A stretch of DNA of 64,000 nt from Bacteroidetes bacterium ADurb.Bin174. Its GTDB lineage: Bacteria; Bacteroidota; Bacteroidia; Bacteroidales; Paludibacteraceae. Positions 22,765 through 35,767 of the stretch are shown piece after piece (the stretch's first letter is position 1; every line of letters begins with the position of its first letter). Below the pieces are notes generated by a model. That model was given only the letters and a program-made list of their open reading frames with translations. It was not told where the DNA came from and ran no database searches. The stretch covers positions 34,389 through 98,388 of the forward strand of contig MWCX01000088.1 in assembly GCA_002070265.1 (NCBI GenBank). The letters run 5' to 3'. The translations under genes were made by a program, and so were the position numbers.

Positions 22765-24375
<1,611 letters not shown>

Positions 24376-24404
24376 TATCTCGAAAATCATTCATCAGGAA
24401 TTTT

Positions 24405-24656
24405 ATGCATCTTGAAATTATAACAGTAGAACAGACTTTGTTTTCCGGAGATGTAGAATCTGTAACAGTTCCGGGAACTAAGGGACCGTTTACCATTCTG
24501 AAAAATCACGCTCCCATAGTATCAAGCCTGACAAAAGGTACTGTTAAATACAAAAACAATCAAGCTGAAAACAAATTGAAAATTTCCGGTGGATTTATTA
24601 AGGCGAATCTCGATGTGATTACCATTTGTTTAACTTCTTCCGAACAATTGAGATGA
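24405..24656 (+). CDS. atpC: ATP synthase epsilon subunit (short form)
   Basis: LEIITVE, PG..G.F.IL.NHAP motif; operon position. Confidence 0.9.
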   Translation: MHLEIITVEQTLFSGDVESVTVPGTKGPFTILKNHAPIVSSLTKGTVKYKNNQAENKLKISGGFIKANLDVITICLTSSEQLR

Positions 24657-25072
24657 CACAACTCAGAAAAAAACTCATGCTCTACCTGACTGCCACCTTA
24701 GCCGGTGTTGGCGGTATCTTGTGTTTTTTGGTCGTTGTCGTATTTAAACATGACATCACAACTTGTTATGTCTCCATACCTATATTCTTCCTGTTTTTCG
24801 GAGTATTTTCTATTCTGACGATTACCAAAAACGGCATCAAACATAAAAATAACGGCAGGAAGAGAGCCAACAAATACATGTTGGTACGCACCATCAAAAT
24901 CTTTTTGGGAGGCACTTTCTTTCTATTATATTGGTATATAGTCAAACCCGAAGACATGCAAGGCTTCGCCCTGACTTTTGCCGTATTTTATTTGACATAC
25001 CTCGCTTTTGAAGCATGGAGCTTTATTCAGGTAGAGAAAAAAATCAAAAACAATGTTCAGCAAAACTCTTAA
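24653..25072 (+). CDS. Four-TM membrane protein in the ATP synthase operon (AtpI-like)
   Basis: Hydrophobic helices; lies between atpC and atpB; start MTQLRKK. Confidence 0.7.
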   Translation: MTQLRKKLMLYLTATLAGVGGILCFLVVVVFKHDITTCYVSIPIFFLFFGVFSILTITKNGIKHKNNGRKRANKYMLVRTIKIFLGGTFFLLYWYIVKPEDMQGFALTFAVFYLTYLAFEAWSFIQVEKKIKNNVQQNS

Positions 25073-26159
25073 ACATATTTTGTGTGTATGGATGTTTCTG
25101 GCAATGAGCATTTCTTTGCCGGCTGAAACTATTTCACAAGATGAAGGCTCGGATCCGGAAGCAGTACCATTGGATGTTAAAGAGCTGATACTCGAACACT
25201 TAAAAGATGATTACGAGTGGCATATAGCTACGTTTAAAGATAAAAGCATCAGCATTCCTCTACCCATCATATTGTACAGTAAAAACTCGGGAGTACAATT
25301 GTTCTCTTCCGCTAAGTTTCACCAAAATGACGGTTATTACAATGGTTTTTATATCAGCAAAAGTGGAAAATACAAAGGGAAAATAGTGGAGACTGACGCA
25401 AGCGGCAACGAAATCCGACCGATTGACCTGTCCTTGACGAAGAATGCCCTTTCCCTACTCATCGGTTCTTTTCTGTTAATCATCTTCATGCTGCTCATTG
25501 CCCGGACTTACAAAAACGAACCCATCAAACCTAAAAAAGGTTTGGTAGGAGCTATGGAGATTTTTATATTATCCGTTTATGATGATGTTATCAAACCGGT
25601 TTTGGGAGAAGATTACAAGAGATACAGGTATTATCTGTTGACCCTGTTTTTCTTTATTTTCTTCAATAATATTTTGGGATTGGTGCCTATTTTTCCCGGA
25701 GGAGCAAACGTCACCGGAAATATAGCCGTTACACTTACATTGGCTTTGTCCACTTTTCTGATTGTAAACCTGTCGGGTACCAAAGAATATTACAAAGAAA
25801 TTTTTTGGCCCGATGTGCCGGTTTGGTTGAAATTCCCTTTCCCTCTGATGATTATCATTGAGTTGGTAGGCTTGATTACCAAACCTTTTGCACTGATGAT
25901 CCGTCTTTTTGCCAACATTATGGCAGGACATGCCATTGTATTAGGTTTAGCGAGTTTGATTTTTATAACGGCACATATGAGCGCTGCCCTCAGTTCATCC
26001 ATGACAGGCTTTTCAGTAGTATTAATCATATTCATCTACTTTATAGAGATGTTGGTGGCGTATATCCAGGCTTATGTGTTTACAATTTTCACAGCCATAT
26101 TCATCAATGGAGCAAGGGTCAAACCAAGAAAAGCTGAGAAATCTCTCGAATCAACATAA
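25053..26159 (+). CDS. atpB: ATP synthase subunit a
   Basis: ANVTGN, KPFALMIRLFANIMAGH and AYIQAYVFT motifs. Confidence 0.96.
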   Translation: MFSKTLKHILCVWMFLAMSISLPAETISQDEGSDPEAVPLDVKELILEHLKDDYEWHIATFKDKSISIPLPIILYSKNSGVQLFSSAKFHQNDGYYNGFYISKSGKYKGKIVETDASGNEIRPIDLSLTKNALSLLIGSFLLIIFMLLIARTYKNEPIKPKKGLVGAMEIFILSVYDDVIKPVLGEDYKRYRYYLLTLFFFIFFNNILGLVPIFPGGANVTGNIAVTLTLALSTFLIVNLSGTKEYYKEIFWPDVPVWLKFPFPLMIIIELVGLITKPFALMIRLFANIMAGHAIVLGLASLIFITAHMSAALSSSMTGFSVVLIIFIYFIEMLVAYIQAYVFTIFTAIFINGARVKPRKAEKSLEST

Positions 26160-26203
26160 ATACTGAATTCAACGAATTACTAACAAATAAATAAAAAACA
26201 ATT

Positions 26204-26446
26204 ATGTTACTAAGCACTTTATTACAAGTTACCCCCGACATCGGTATTATAGGAAAAGCTATTGCTATCTCTGTAACAGTTTTAGCAGCCGGACTTGGTA
26301 TCAGTAAAATCGGATCCTCCGCTATGGATGGCATTGCCCGCCAGCCCGAAGCAGGTGGTGATATCCGTATCAGCATGATTATCGTTGCTGCATTGATTGA
26401 AGGTGTGGCACTCTTTGCCCTCGTTATTGCCGGATTTATTTTATAA
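26204..26446 (+). CDS. atpE: ATP synthase subunit c
   Basis: ARQPE loop and ALIEGVALF. Confidence 0.96.
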   Translation: MLLSTLLQVTPDIGIIGKAIAISVTVLAAGLGISKIGSSAMDGIARQPEAGGDIRISMIIVAALIEGVALFALVIAGFIL

Positions 26447-26455
26447 TCATTCGTC

Positions 26456-26956
26456 ATGTCGTTACTTACACCTGATCTGGGATTGGTTTTCTGGATGTCG
26501 ATCGCATTTGGAATAGTCATCCTTATTCTGACTAAATTTGCTTTTCCCCCTATCATCAAAGGGGTAGAAGACAGGAATAAGTACATCAATGAGTCCTTGG
26601 CAGCCGCAAAGCAAGCCCAGGAAGATCTCAAAAATGTGAAGGCAGACGGAGAAAAGATACTCGAACAGGCTAAAAAAGAACAGGCTAAAATTTTGGCTGA
26701 AGCCGTCAAATCTCGTGAAACCATCATTCGCGACGCGATGGATAAAGCCAAAAAAGAAGCAGACGTAATGATTAACGTTGCCCGCAAACAGATAGAAGCA
26801 GAAAAAGACGATGCTATTCGAGATATCAGAAAAGAAGTGGTCAACCTCTCCTTTGACATAGCCGAAAAACTGTTGCGCAAGAATTTAGATCAGCAAGCAG
26901 AACAAGAAGCTGTCATCAATCAACTGATTGATGAAATGAACATCCATAAATCATAA
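26456..26956 (+). CDS. atpF: ATP synthase subunit b
   Basis: LLTPDLGLVFW, a single TM helix, then a charged coiled coil. Confidence 0.95.
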   Translation: MSLLTPDLGLVFWMSIAFGIVILILTKFAFPPIIKGVEDRNKYINESLAAAKQAQEDLKNVKADGEKILEQAKKEQAKILAEAVKSRETIIRDAMDKAKKEADVMINVARKQIEAEKDDAIRDIRKEVVNLSFDIAEKLLRKNLDQQAEQEAVINQLIDEMNIHKS

Positions 26957-26973
26957 ACATTTTTTCAATACCC

Positions 26974-27522
26974 ATGAGCTTCGGATTGATACCGGCGAGA
27001 TATGCAAAAGCTTTGTTGGAGTTTGCTAACGAAAACTACAGCGCAGAGACGGTATATGAAGAAGCCAAAGTGATTGTGTTGGTTTTAAACAAAACAAAGG
27101 AAGTCAATCTAGCTCTGAGAAACCCGAAATTGCCCGTTGAGGACAAACGTGAGTTGATGCTGAAACTGACCGGAAAAGAACTGAGCGACACCCTAAAGCG
27201 TTTTATGGACTTGTTGTTGGAAAATAATCGTGAATCCTTACTTCGGCAGGTGATGTTGAAGTATATAGATTTTTACCGCGAAGACAACAAAATCAACCAC
27301 ACCAAATTGATAACGGCAGCTCCGATAGATGAAGAAACGGAACAACGCTTTATCAAATTGATTGAAGCTCAAGTAGGCGGAACGGTTGAATTGGAAAAAC
27401 ATATCCGTTCTGAAATATTAGGAGGTTTTCAAATTGAGGTGAATCATTTGCGATGGGATGCCACATTATCGGGACAATTGGAACAAATGAGAAAAGACAT
27501 GTTGAACGGAAACGAAAAATAA
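26974..27522 (+). CDS. atpH: ATP synthase delta subunit
   Basis: RYAKAL, ILGGF and WDATL motifs; operon position. Confidence 0.93.
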   Translation: MSFGLIPARYAKALLEFANENYSAETVYEEAKVIVLVLNKTKEVNLALRNPKLPVEDKRELMLKLTGKELSDTLKRFMDLLLENNRESLLRQVMLKYIDFYREDNKINHTKLITAAPIDEETEQRFIKLIEAQVGGTVELEKHIRSEILGGFQIEVNHLRWDATLSGQLEQMRKDMLNGNEK

Positions 27523-27526
27523 TAAT

Positions 27527-29113
27527 ATGGTTAACAAAATAAATGTAAGCGAAGTCTCGCAGGTATTGCGCAAGCAATTAGCCGGTATGGATGCCGACCC
27601 TAAGTTTGATGAAATCGGAACGGTATTGCAGGTCGGCGATGGTGTGATACGCTTGTACGGTTTACATAATGCGGAAGCAAGTGAACTGCTTCAGTTTGAA
27701 AACGGCATGCATGCCATCGTCATGAACCTGGAAGATGATAATGTGGGTGCCGTACTGTTGGGATCGTCTTCCGAGATTAAGGAAGGAGATACCGCCATGC
27801 GTACCAAAAGAGTTGCTTCCATCATGGTAGGCGATGAAATGTTGGGCAGGGTTATCAACCCCTTGGGTGAAGCCATAGACGGAAAAGGAAAGATAAGAGG
27901 CGAACTTTATGAAATGCCTTTTGAGCGCAAAGCGCCGGGCGTGATCTACAGGCAACCTGTGAATCAGCCTTTGCAGACCGGACTTACAGCCATTGATGCC
28001 ATGATCCCTATCGGACGCGGACAGCGGGAACTAATCATCGGTGACCGGCAAACCGGTAAAACCAGCATTGCTATAGACACCATCATCAATCAACGCCGCA
28101 ACTTCGAAGAAGGTGACCCCGTATATTGTATCTATGTGGCTATCGGGCAAAAAGGTTCAACCGTAGCTTCCATCGTAGAAACCCTGCGCAGACACAAGGC
28201 ATTGGAATACACCATCATTGTGGCAGCCAATGCCTCCGACCCCGCAGCCATGCAGTACTATGCTCCTTTTGCAGGTGCTGCCATAGGTGAATTTTTGCGT
28301 GATACCGGCAGACATGCTCTGGTGGTTTACGATGACCTGTCGAAACAAGCCGTTGCATACCGCGAAGTTTCACTGATATTGAGACGACCATCCGGAAGAG
28401 AAGCCTATCCGGGAGATATTTTCTACCTGCACTCGCGCCTCCTGGAACGGGCAGCCAAAATCATCAATCAGCAGGAAGTAGCTGAACAAATGAATGATGT
28501 ACCCGAAAGTCTGAAGGGAAAGATTAAAGGCGGCGGCTCACTGACTGCCCTCCCCATCATTGAAACACAAGCCGGCGATATTTCGGCTTATATTCCTACC
28601 AATGTGATTTCTATTACAGACGGTCAGATTTTCTTGGATGTAGATGCCTTTATCAGCGGCAACCGACCGGCTATTGACGTGGGAATTTCCGTATCGCGCG
28701 TCGGCGGCAATGCGCAAATTAAAACCATGAAACGAATTGCCGGCACCCTGAAAATAGATCAGGCTCAGTACAGGGAATTGGAAGCTTTCTCCAAGTTCGG
28801 CAGTGATTTGGATGCTGTCACTGCCATGATCATAGACAAAGGTCGAAAGAACGAACGCCTGTTGGTGCAACCCGTTCACTCCCCCCTCGAGGTTGAAAAG
28901 CAAATCGCCATCTTGTATTGCGGTACCAAAGGCTTGTTGAAAGATCTTGCTTTGGAAAAAGTAGATGCCTTCAAAAAAGAATTTTTAGCCAGATTGGAAT
29001 CTCTCCACAGGGAAAATGTATTAAATCCCATTCGGAAGGGTGTTTTTAATGATGAAATCATTACTATCATTGAGCAAGTTGCAGCGGGTGTAATCCTAAG
29101 TCTTTCCGAATAA
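27527..29113 (+). CDS. atpA: ATP synthase alpha subunit
   Basis: [20 protein letters not shown] and [11 protein letters not shown] motifs. Confidence 0.98.
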   Translation: MVNKINVSEVSQVLRKQLAGMDADPKFDEIGTVLQVGDGVIRLYGLHNAEASELLQFENGMHAIVMNLEDDNVGAVLLGSSSEIKEGDTAMRTKRVASIMVGDEMLGRVINPLGEAIDGKGKIRGELYEMPFERKAPGVIYRQPVNQPLQTGLTAIDAMIPIGRGQRELIIGDRQTGKTSIAIDTIINQRRNFEEGDPVYCIYVAIGQKGSTVASIVETLRRHKALEYTIIVAANASDPAAMQYYAPFAGAAIGEFLRDTGRHALVVYDDLSKQAVAYREVSLILRRPSGREAYPGDIFYLHSRLLERAAKIINQQEVAEQMNDVPESLKGKIKGGGSLTALPIIETQAGDISAYIPTNVISITDGQIFLDVDAFISGNRPAIDVGISVSRVGGNAQIKTMKRIAGTLKIDQAQYRELEAFSKFGSDLDAVTAMIIDKGRKNERLLVQPVHSPLEVEKQIAILYCGTKGLLKDLALEKVDAFKKEFLARLESLHRENVLNPIRKGVFNDEIITIIEQVAAGVILSLSE

Positions 29114-30006
29114 TGTCCTCCCTGAAAGAAATAAAAAACCGCATTCATTCTGTGCAATCCACACGGAAGATCACTTCTGCAATGAAGATGGTTTCCATGG
29201 CAAAGCTCAACAAAACAGAAAGGATGATAGGTGGCATTCATTCATTTTATCATTATTTACATGATATTTTAAAAGTGGTTTTGGATGATGGTAAGGACTA
29301 TCAGACAGAATTTTCCGAAGTACGGGAATTGAAACGCATTGCCTTCGTTGTATTTTCTTCCAACTCCAGTCTTTGTGGCAGCTTCAACAGCAATATTGCC
29401 AAAAGACTGAGTGTAGAGGTTCGGAATTATGCCGCTTTGGGACATGAAAACATCCTGGTGATTCCCATTGGTAAAAAGATAGCCCAGGCAACTGTGAGAA
29501 TGGGATATAAAATTCCCCCCGGTTTTGAAAATTTGGATTTCATCATAGACAAACCCAATGCGAAAGCCGTGCTTGAATTAGCCAATCAACTGAAACAATT
29601 GTATCTAAGCGGTAAAGTTGATAAAGTTGAACTTATCTACCACCACGCTAAAAGCAAAGGCTCGCAGATTTTGGATTCGCGCACACTGCTTCCTTTGGAT
29701 TTGAAAGAAAGGGATGTGATAGAAAAACCCGTCGTCAGAGAACGTATTTATGAAGATGATTTTATCATTGAGCCGGACAGGGAAAGTTTATTGCACGATT
29801 TGGTTCCCTACATCATCAACATGCGCCTGTATTTGGCATTGTTGGATTCAAACATATCCGAGCATACAGCCCGTATGTTAGCCATGCAAACCGCCACCGA
29901 TAATGCCGATGAATTACTTGAAGAAATCAAATTGCAATACAACAAGCTCCGCCAGCAAGCCATCACCAGTGAGTTGTTGGATATCGTCGGAGGAACACTG
30001 GAATAG
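29113..30006 (+). CDS. atpG: ATP synthase gamma subunit
   Basis: KITSAMKMV, LCGSFN and RQQAITSEL motifs. Confidence 0.97.
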   Translation: MSSLKEIKNRIHSVQSTRKITSAMKMVSMAKLNKTERMIGGIHSFYHYLHDILKVVLDDGKDYQTEFSEVRELKRIAFVVFSSNSSLCGSFNSNIAKRLSVEVRNYAALGHENILVIPIGKKIAQATVRMGYKIPPGFENLDFIIDKPNAKAVLELANQLKQLYLSGKVDKVELIYHHAKSKGSQILDSRTLLPLDLKERDVIEKPVVRERIYEDDFIIEPDRESLLHDLVPYIINMRLYLALLDSNISEHTARMLAMQTATDNADELLEEIKLQYNKLRQQAITSELLDIVGGTLE

Positions 30007-30038
30007 TAAATGATGGCAAAATTACTAAATTGTAAATT

Positions 30039-30713
30039 TTATTTTAAGAAAGGATAAATAGTAGCAGAAGCAAGGATATACCATCCAATAATGGGAGCAA
30101 ACCCGTTCCATCCCATCAACAGTAATAATACAATGCATCCGAATAAAAAGATGTATTGTATTTTATTATCCGCCCATTTCAGATTTCTAAATTTCAGGGC
30201 AAACATGGGAAATTTGGAAACCAATAATCCACTGAAAACGATGGTAAGTACGATGACAAGCCATGTTGTATCTATCAGCCAAGGGGCACAAGAATATGCC
30301 ATACCTGTCCAAAAAATGGCATTGGCGGGAGTGGACAAGCCTATAAAAGAATCCGTTTGATTTTCATCAATATTGAATTTTGCTAATCTCAACGCTGAAA
30401 AAACTACTATCAACAGTCCGATGTATTGTGTCCAATCGGGATATGTGCTGCTTGCCAACATCGAAAAAACCACTGTTGCCGGCAATAAGCCAAAGCTAAT
30501 TACGTCAGCCAGGGAATCCAACTCTTTACCCATGGGTGAATAAGCTTTCAGGATACGTGCCGTCAAGCCGTCTAAAAAATCAAATAATCCTGCGATCAAG
30601 ACCGCAAAAAATGCCACCGTGTAATTTCCGCTGAACGCAAAATATACTCCTACACTACCTGTCAGCAAATTGAGCGAAGTAATAAAATTGGGTATGTGCT
30701 TTTTAATCTTCAT
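30039..30713 (-). CDS. pssA: CDP-diacylglycerol--serine O-phosphatidyltransferase
   Basis: IPNFITSLNL, DFLDGLTAR...GKELDSLADVISFG and ALRLAKFN; start taken at MKIKKH. Confidence 0.88.
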   Translation of the reverse strand: MKIKKHIPNFITSLNLLTGSVGVYFAFSGNYTVAFFAVLIAGLFDFLDGLTARILKAYSPMGKELDSLADVISFGLLPATVVFSMLASSTYPDWTQYIGLLIVVFSALRLAKFNIDENQTDSFIGLSTPANAIFWTGMAYSCAPWLIDTTWLVIVLTIVFSGLLVSKFPMFALKFRNLKWADNKIQYIFLFGCIVLLLLMGWNGFAPIIGWYILASATIYPFLK

Positions 30714-30717
30714 TTGA

Positions 30718-31170
30718 TTATTCCTTGATTTTACTATCGATAAGGATTGTAACCGGACCGTCATTTATGAGAGAAACCTGCATCATGGCTCCAAACTCAC
30801 CGGTTTGAACGGACTTTCCCAATAAGTTTTCGGTCTGCCTGCAAAAATACTCATAGAGCGGAATGGCCTGCTCCGGACGCGCTGCTTTGATGTATGAAGG
30901 TCGGTTCCCCTTGCGGGTAGAAGCATGTAAAGTAAACTGACTCACCACCAACACCTCACCGTCTATATCCAAAACGGAACGATTCATCACTCCATTGGAG
31001 TCATCAAAGATACGAAGATTCACCAACTTGGCAACCAACCAATTTACATCCGTTTCATCATCCGCCTCCTCTATCCCCAACAACACCAACAAGCCCTGAT
31101 TGATAGCCGACTTTACCCGACCATCAATCTCCACAGAAGCTTGCTTAACGCGCTGTACGACTATTCTCAT
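30718..31170 (-). CDS. dtd: D-aminoacyl-tRNA deacylase
   Basis: MRIVVQRV, SQFTL and NDGPVT motifs. Confidence 0.97.
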   Translation of the reverse strand: MRIVVQRVKQASVEIDGRVKSAINQGLLVLLGIEEADDETDVNWLVAKLVNLRIFDDSNGVMNRSVLDIDGEVLVVSQFTLHASTRKGNRPSYIKAARPEQAIPLYEYFCRQTENLLGKSVQTGEFGAMMQVSLINDGPVTILIDSKIKE

Positions 31171-31219
31171 TGAACTCTATTGCCTCTATAATTTCTTAAT
31201 TCTATTTTAAAGAAATGCT

Positions 31220-31327
31220 CAAACCCCGCACCCCGCACCACAGAACTCGCGACCCCGGACCCCGCGAATCCGGAACTCACAACCCGCACCTCAGGACTCA
31301 AAACTCAGAACTCAAAACTCGCAAAAA
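31220..31327. repeat. Long degenerate heptamer tandem array between asd and dtd
   Basis: About 15 units such as ccgcacc, cggaccc, cagaact, caaaact; ends at the asd stop codon. Confidence 0.85.
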
Positions 31328-32335
31328 CTACACCTCCCCCTCCTGAATCAAATACTCTGCAATCTGCACAGCATTCAACGCAGCACCTTTTCTAATCTGA
31401 TCACTTACACACCAGAATGTCAGTCCATTGGGATTAGCCAAATCTTTGCGGATACGTCCAACGTACACCGGATCTTTTCCGGAAAGGAATAATGGCATGG
31501 GATATAATTTTTCTGCAGGATTATCCATCACTTCCACACCCGGAGCAGCTTCAAAAGCAGCACGAGCCTCTTCGACAGAGATCGGTCTTTCAGTCTCAAC
31601 CCAAACGCTTTCAGAGTGAGCACGCAAAGAAGGCACACGCACACAGGTAGCGCTGACTTCTACGTTGGAATGCATAATTTTACGCGTTTCGTGGTACATT
31701 TTCATTTCCTCTTTGGTATAGCCATTATCCATAAAAACATCCACTTGAGGAATTAAATTATAAGCCAATTGATAGGGGAATTTACTAACAGTAACCGCTT
31801 CGCCGTTCATAATCTGACGATATTGCAATTCTAATTCGTCCATTGCAGCCGCACCGGCACCTGAGGCAGCCTGGTAAGTTGACACATGAATGCGCTTGAT
31901 ATGCGAAAGATTTTCAATGGCTTTCAATGCCACCACCATTTGTGTAGTGGTACAGTTCGGATTGGCAATGATACCGCGCGGACGGTTTTTGGCATCAGCC
32001 GCATTCACTTCAGGAACAACCAAAGAAATATCCTCCTCCATGCGGAAAGCACTGGAGTTATCAATCATAATCGCACCAAATTTAGTGATGTCGTCTGCAT
32101 ATTCTTTGGAAATACTTGCACCGGCAGATGTAAACACTATTTGAAATCCTTTAAAATCGTCACCATGCTTTAATTCTTTCACTGTAAGTTTTTTCCCTTT
32201 GAACTCATAAACCTTACCTGCACTACGAGATGACCCGAATAATACCAATTCGGTCATGGGAAAATTTCGTTCGGCAAGAACCCTTAAAAACTCCTGACCT
32301 ACTGCGCCACTTGCGCCTACAATCGCTACTTTCAT
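31328..32335 (-). CDS. asd: Aspartate-semialdehyde dehydrogenase
   Basis: [30 protein letters not shown] and IRKGAALN motifs. Confidence 0.97.
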   Translation of the reverse strand: MKVAIVGASGAVGQEFLRVLAERNFPMTELVLFGSSRSAGKVYEFKGKKLTVKELKHGDDFKGFQIVFTSAGASISKEYADDITKFGAIMIDNSSAFRMEEDISLVVPEVNAADAKNRPRGIIANPNCTTTQMVVALKAIENLSHIKRIHVSTYQAASGAGAAAMDELELQYRQIMNGEAVTVSKFPYQLAYNLIPQVDVFMDNGYTKEEMKMYHETRKIMHSNVEVSATCVRVPSLRAHSESVWVETERPISVEEARAAFEAAPGVEVMDNPAEKLYPMPLFLSGKDPVYVGRIRKDLANPNGLTFWCVSDQIRKGAALNAVQIAEYLIQEGEV

Positions 32336-32542
32336 TTTTAACTTATTTTATGGTGAATATTATTTTACATCATGATTTTTTATCACGGATAAAACCTAAC
32401 TTTGTCGCCTCTGTTTGATTTATGCAACCGCTGATTTTTTTCAGCTGCAAAAATAACTTAATTTGTTAGATATTACAATCCTATACCTACTTAGGTGCTG
32501 AAATTAAAGCACCAGCATAAAAAATCAATAATTATTACACCT

Positions 32543-33469
32543 ATGAAAAATTATTTGTTATTGTTTACCATGTGTTTACCTGCATTTTCTTCAGCCTACA
32601 CATCCGACACCATTCAAATCTGCGACATCATCATCAATGAGGTCATGTTCAATCATCCGGAGGGTGGCGCTGAATATGTTGAGCTACACAACCGTTCTTC
32701 GCACCGGATAGACTGTTCGGGGTTGGTTTTTACCACACGTAAAACCGACGGAACTTTGAACACGGGCGTAAAGATCCCGGCCAACACCATCATGCCCCCC
32801 AACTCCTATCTGGCTCTGACTACTGATGCAGAGGCAGTCAGAAACTTCCACGATTGTCCCGATGAAGCTGTCTTGTTGACAGTCAAGTTGAGCGCCTTGA
32901 ACAACGAATCAGCTTGTCTGGTGCTGACCAACGCAAACAAAAGCGTCATATACGATGAATTTCAATACCATGCCGACATGCATCACGTGTTGATTAAAAA
33001 TCCTAAAGGTGTTGCTTTGGAACGCATATATCCAAATCGGGATACGCAAGATGAAAGCAATTGGCATTCGGCAGCAGCCTCACATCATTACGGAACTCCG
33101 GGATTTCAAAATTCTCAATACAGAGAAGCAATGACGCCGGACTTTGAGTCAGCACAATACTTTTATCTTGAAAATGAAATATTCACGCCTGACAATGACG
33201 GCAATAATGACCTGTGCGTATTGCATTATGCATTTCCCGAAAGCGGCTACGTATTTACAGTGCACGTGTTATCCGCAACAGGAGTAAAAGTTTTTACCCT
33301 AGCTGAACAATATCTTGCCGGGACGGAAGGCTTCCTCACCTGGGATGGTAGAAACCGGCAAGGAAACATTTCCGACATTGGGATTTATGTCTTTTATATT
33401 GAAATGATACACCCTCAAAAAGGCAAAAGAAAAAATCTGAAACTTCCGGTTGTGCTTTCTTCACGATAA
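32543..33469 (+). CDS. Secreted lamin-tail-domain protein with a C-terminal T9SS type-B-like region
   Basis: INEVMFN..EYVEL.N, GTPG..NS and FTPDNDG.ND motifs; start taken at MKNY. Confidence 0.75.
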   Translation: MKNYLLLFTMCLPAFSSAYTSDTIQICDIIINEVMFNHPEGGAEYVELHNRSSHRIDCSGLVFTTRKTDGTLNTGVKIPANTIMPPNSYLALTTDAEAVRNFHDCPDEAVLLTVKLSALNNESACLVLTNANKSVIYDEFQYHADMHHVLIKNPKGVALERIYPNRDTQDESNWHSAAASHHYGTPGFQNSQYREAMTPDFESAQYFYLENEIFTPDNDGNNDLCVLHYAFPESGYVFTVHVLSATGVKVFTLAEQYLAGTEGFLTWDGRNRQGNISDIGIYVFYIEMIHPQKGKRKNLKLPVVLSSR

Positions 33470-33558
33470 TTTTCAATAAATTAACACCTAATTTTCAATA
33501 AAATCAGCTATCTTTGCAGACATTTAAATTTTTAGCCATTAAATACATTCCTACACAC

Positions 33559-34314
33559 ATGAAAAAAATATTGATTATCATGCTTGCATTAACCACAGTG
33601 TTGACCGTAGGCGCAAAAGAAAAAAAACCAAAGAAAATGAGCAAATCTAAAAATCAGGTAGAAGCAGTTGTAGAAACTCCCATTACCTTTAACAATGATG
33701 TTGACTCCATGAGTTATGCTTTGGCAGTGAACATTGGCAGCGATTTACTGAAAAACTTACAAACTTTGCCCAATGGCAAATATAATTTAGATTTATTCTT
33801 AAAAGCCTTCAATACAGTGATGAAAGGTGATTCTACCCTGATTTCCGTAGAAAATGCACAAAATGTTCTGCAAAATTATTTCACCGCTGCACAAGAAAAA
33901 ATGGCTGCTGAGCAGCGTTCAGCCGGGGAGAAATTCCTGGAAGAAAATGCAAAAAATCCGGCAGTACAAAGCACAGAGTCAGGTTTACAATACATCATAT
34001 TGACAGAAGCAGATGGTCCTAAGCCCACTGCTACTGACAAAGTGAAAGTTCATTATGAGGGAACTCTGCTTGACGGTACTGTATTCGACAGTTCTTACGA
34101 AAGAGGAGAACCTGTCGAATTTCAACTCAATCAAGTCATTGCCGGATGGACGGAAGGTGTTCAATTAATGTCTCCGGGTTCGAAATATAAATTCTTCATA
34201 CCTTACAATCTCGCATACGGCGAGCGAGGTGCAGGCGGGGTAATCCCTCCTTTTGCAACCTTAATTTTTACGGTTGAACTTTTGGATATCGTTCTTCCTC
34301 CAACTTCGAATTAA
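33559..34314 (+). CDS. FKBP-type peptidyl-prolyl cis-trans isomerase (FKBP_N + FKBP_C)
   Basis: [38 protein letters not shown] and LIFTVEL motifs. Confidence 0.93.
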   Translation: MKKILIIMLALTTVLTVGAKEKKPKKMSKSKNQVEAVVETPITFNNDVDSMSYALAVNIGSDLLKNLQTLPNGKYNLDLFLKAFNTVMKGDSTLISVENAQNVLQNYFTAAQEKMAAEQRSAGEKFLEENAKNPAVQSTESGLQYIILTEADGPKPTATDKVKVHYEGTLLDGTVFDSSYERGEPVEFQLNQVIAGWTEGVQLMSPGSKYKFFIPYNLAYGERGAGGVIPPFATLIFTVELLDIVLPPTSN

Positions 34315-34348
34315 TTCAAAGAATTAGAAATATAATAAACGTATCAAA

Positions 34349-34819
34349 ATGAGAAAAATAAGTAGTTATCTGATAGTTGCCATAGGGCTTACTATTTTTT
34401 CAATCAGTTCATGTACAAGCAATAAACCTAAAGAAGTTACGCTTAAAAGCATGAACGACAGCATCAACTACACCTTGGGACATTGGCAAGGTGATGTAAT
34501 GAGACAGCAAGTGTTCGGTGAAGATTCAGCTAAAGAATTAGATGCTTTTATTCAGGCATTGGATAAAGCATACGCCGGAAAAGCAAAAAGTGAAATGTAC
34601 ACTTTAGGTGTGCAAGTTGGTAAATACTTCAATGACCAAATTGAAAATGGTTACTTCGGAGATTCAACTCTAACAGGAAATGTTGATTTGGTAATGGCAG
34701 GATTGATAAACGCTTTGAACGATTATCAGGATGTTATATCATCAACAGAAGCAGATTCTATTGTACAGGCCGTACAAATGAAATCACATGCAAGAATGTA
34801 CGGTCAACCCAATAATTAA
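34349..34819 (+). CDS. Lipoprotein with FKBP_N-like dimerisation region only (no PPIase domain)
   Basis: Lipobox ISSC and DSINYTLG; similar to the N-terminal half of 34838-35704; no VHYxG/FDSS motifs. Confidence 0.65.
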   Translation: MRKISSYLIVAIGLTIFSISSCTSNKPKEVTLKSMNDSINYTLGHWQGDVMRQQVFGEDSAKELDAFIQALDKAYAGKAKSEMYTLGVQVGKYFNDQIENGYFGDSTLTGNVDLVMAGLINALNDYQDVISSTEADSIVQAVQMKSHARMYGQPNN

Positions 34820-34837
34820 TTTTAAAACGATAATAAT

Positions 34838-35704
34838 ATGAAACAAATAAATATTTTCTTGATTATTGTAGCTACCTTGTCGTTGCTTGCAACCTCATGT
34901 ACAAATTACAAAGAAAAATCTGTAAAGCTAAATACTGAATTAGACAGCCTGAATTATTCATTTGGCTTTGTCAACGGTAACATTCTCAAGAATTATCACC
35001 TGAGTAGAGATACTACCGACAATGCACTTCAGGAGTTGATGAAAGGTATCAAAGACGGTTTGAAAGAAAAAGCTGCCGACCCTCAACTGGGACAAGTTGT
35101 AGAAATTGGCACTGCGATAGGAAATCAACTAAAATCAAATCCTGATTTTTACGGAGATTCAACACTCACTGTTAATTTCAAACTTATCAAACAAGGTTTG
35201 ATCAATGGAATTTCCGGTGAAGATTTCGAAATAGATGCCGAAGAAGCCAGAATATACTTCAATGAAACCATGGAACAAGTTCAATTAAAAAAATTGGAAG
35301 TTCAGTATAAGGCAAACAAAGAAGAAGGTGAAAAATTCTTAGCTGAGAATGCAAAAAAAGAAGGTGTTATTTCTACTGAATCGGGGTTACAATACGAAAT
35401 TATCAAAGCCGGGAATAAAAAAGGGAATTATCCGTCCGAAACTGATAAGGTTAGGGTACATTATCACGGTACACTCGTGGATGGAACCGTTTTCGACAGC
35501 TCGGTGGATCGTGGAGAGCCTGCCGAATTTGGATTAAATCAGGTTATTAAAGGCTGGACTGAAGGTTTACAATTGATGCCTGTCGGTGCAAAATACAGAT
35601 TTTACATTCCACAGGAATTGGCTTACGGCTCACGCATGCAGGGAAACATCAAACCATTCTCTGTGCTGATTTTTGATGTTGAGTTGCTTGCCATCGTTAA
35701 GTAA
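34838..35704 (+). CDS. FKBP-type PPIase lipoprotein
   Basis: Lipobox [31 protein letters not shown] and LIFDVEL motifs. Confidence 0.93.
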   Translation: MKQINIFLIIVATLSLLATSCTNYKEKSVKLNTELDSLNYSFGFVNGNILKNYHLSRDTTDNALQELMKGIKDGLKEKAADPQLGQVVEIGTAIGNQLKSNPDFYGDSTLTVNFKLIKQGLINGISGEDFEIDAEEARIYFNETMEQVQLKKLEVQYKANKEEGEKFLAENAKKEGVISTESGLQYEIIKAGNKKGNYPSETDKVRVHYHGTLVDGTVFDSSVDRGEPAEFGLNQVIKGWTEGLQLMPVGAKYRFYIPQELAYGSRMQGNIKPFSVLIFDVELLAIVK

Positions 35705-35767
35705 ACTTGTATAATTTTAATTCTATTGATTATTTGTGCTCCACAACTTTATCAATTCATCTGTAAT

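Noticed and set aside
24405-24656. Epsilon subunit appears truncated
   Set aside because: Short epsilon subunits lacking the C-terminal helices are normal in Bacteroidota.
26119-26880. 253-aa antisense ORF over atpE/atpF, and the many other antisense or nested ORFs in the track
   Set aside because: They are shadows of well-supported genes on the other strand or frame, with no recognisable motifs.
31220-31327. Heptamer arrays as a CRISPR array
   Set aside because: Units are 7 nt and contiguous, with no 25-40-nt repeats separated by unique spacers and no cas genes in the window.
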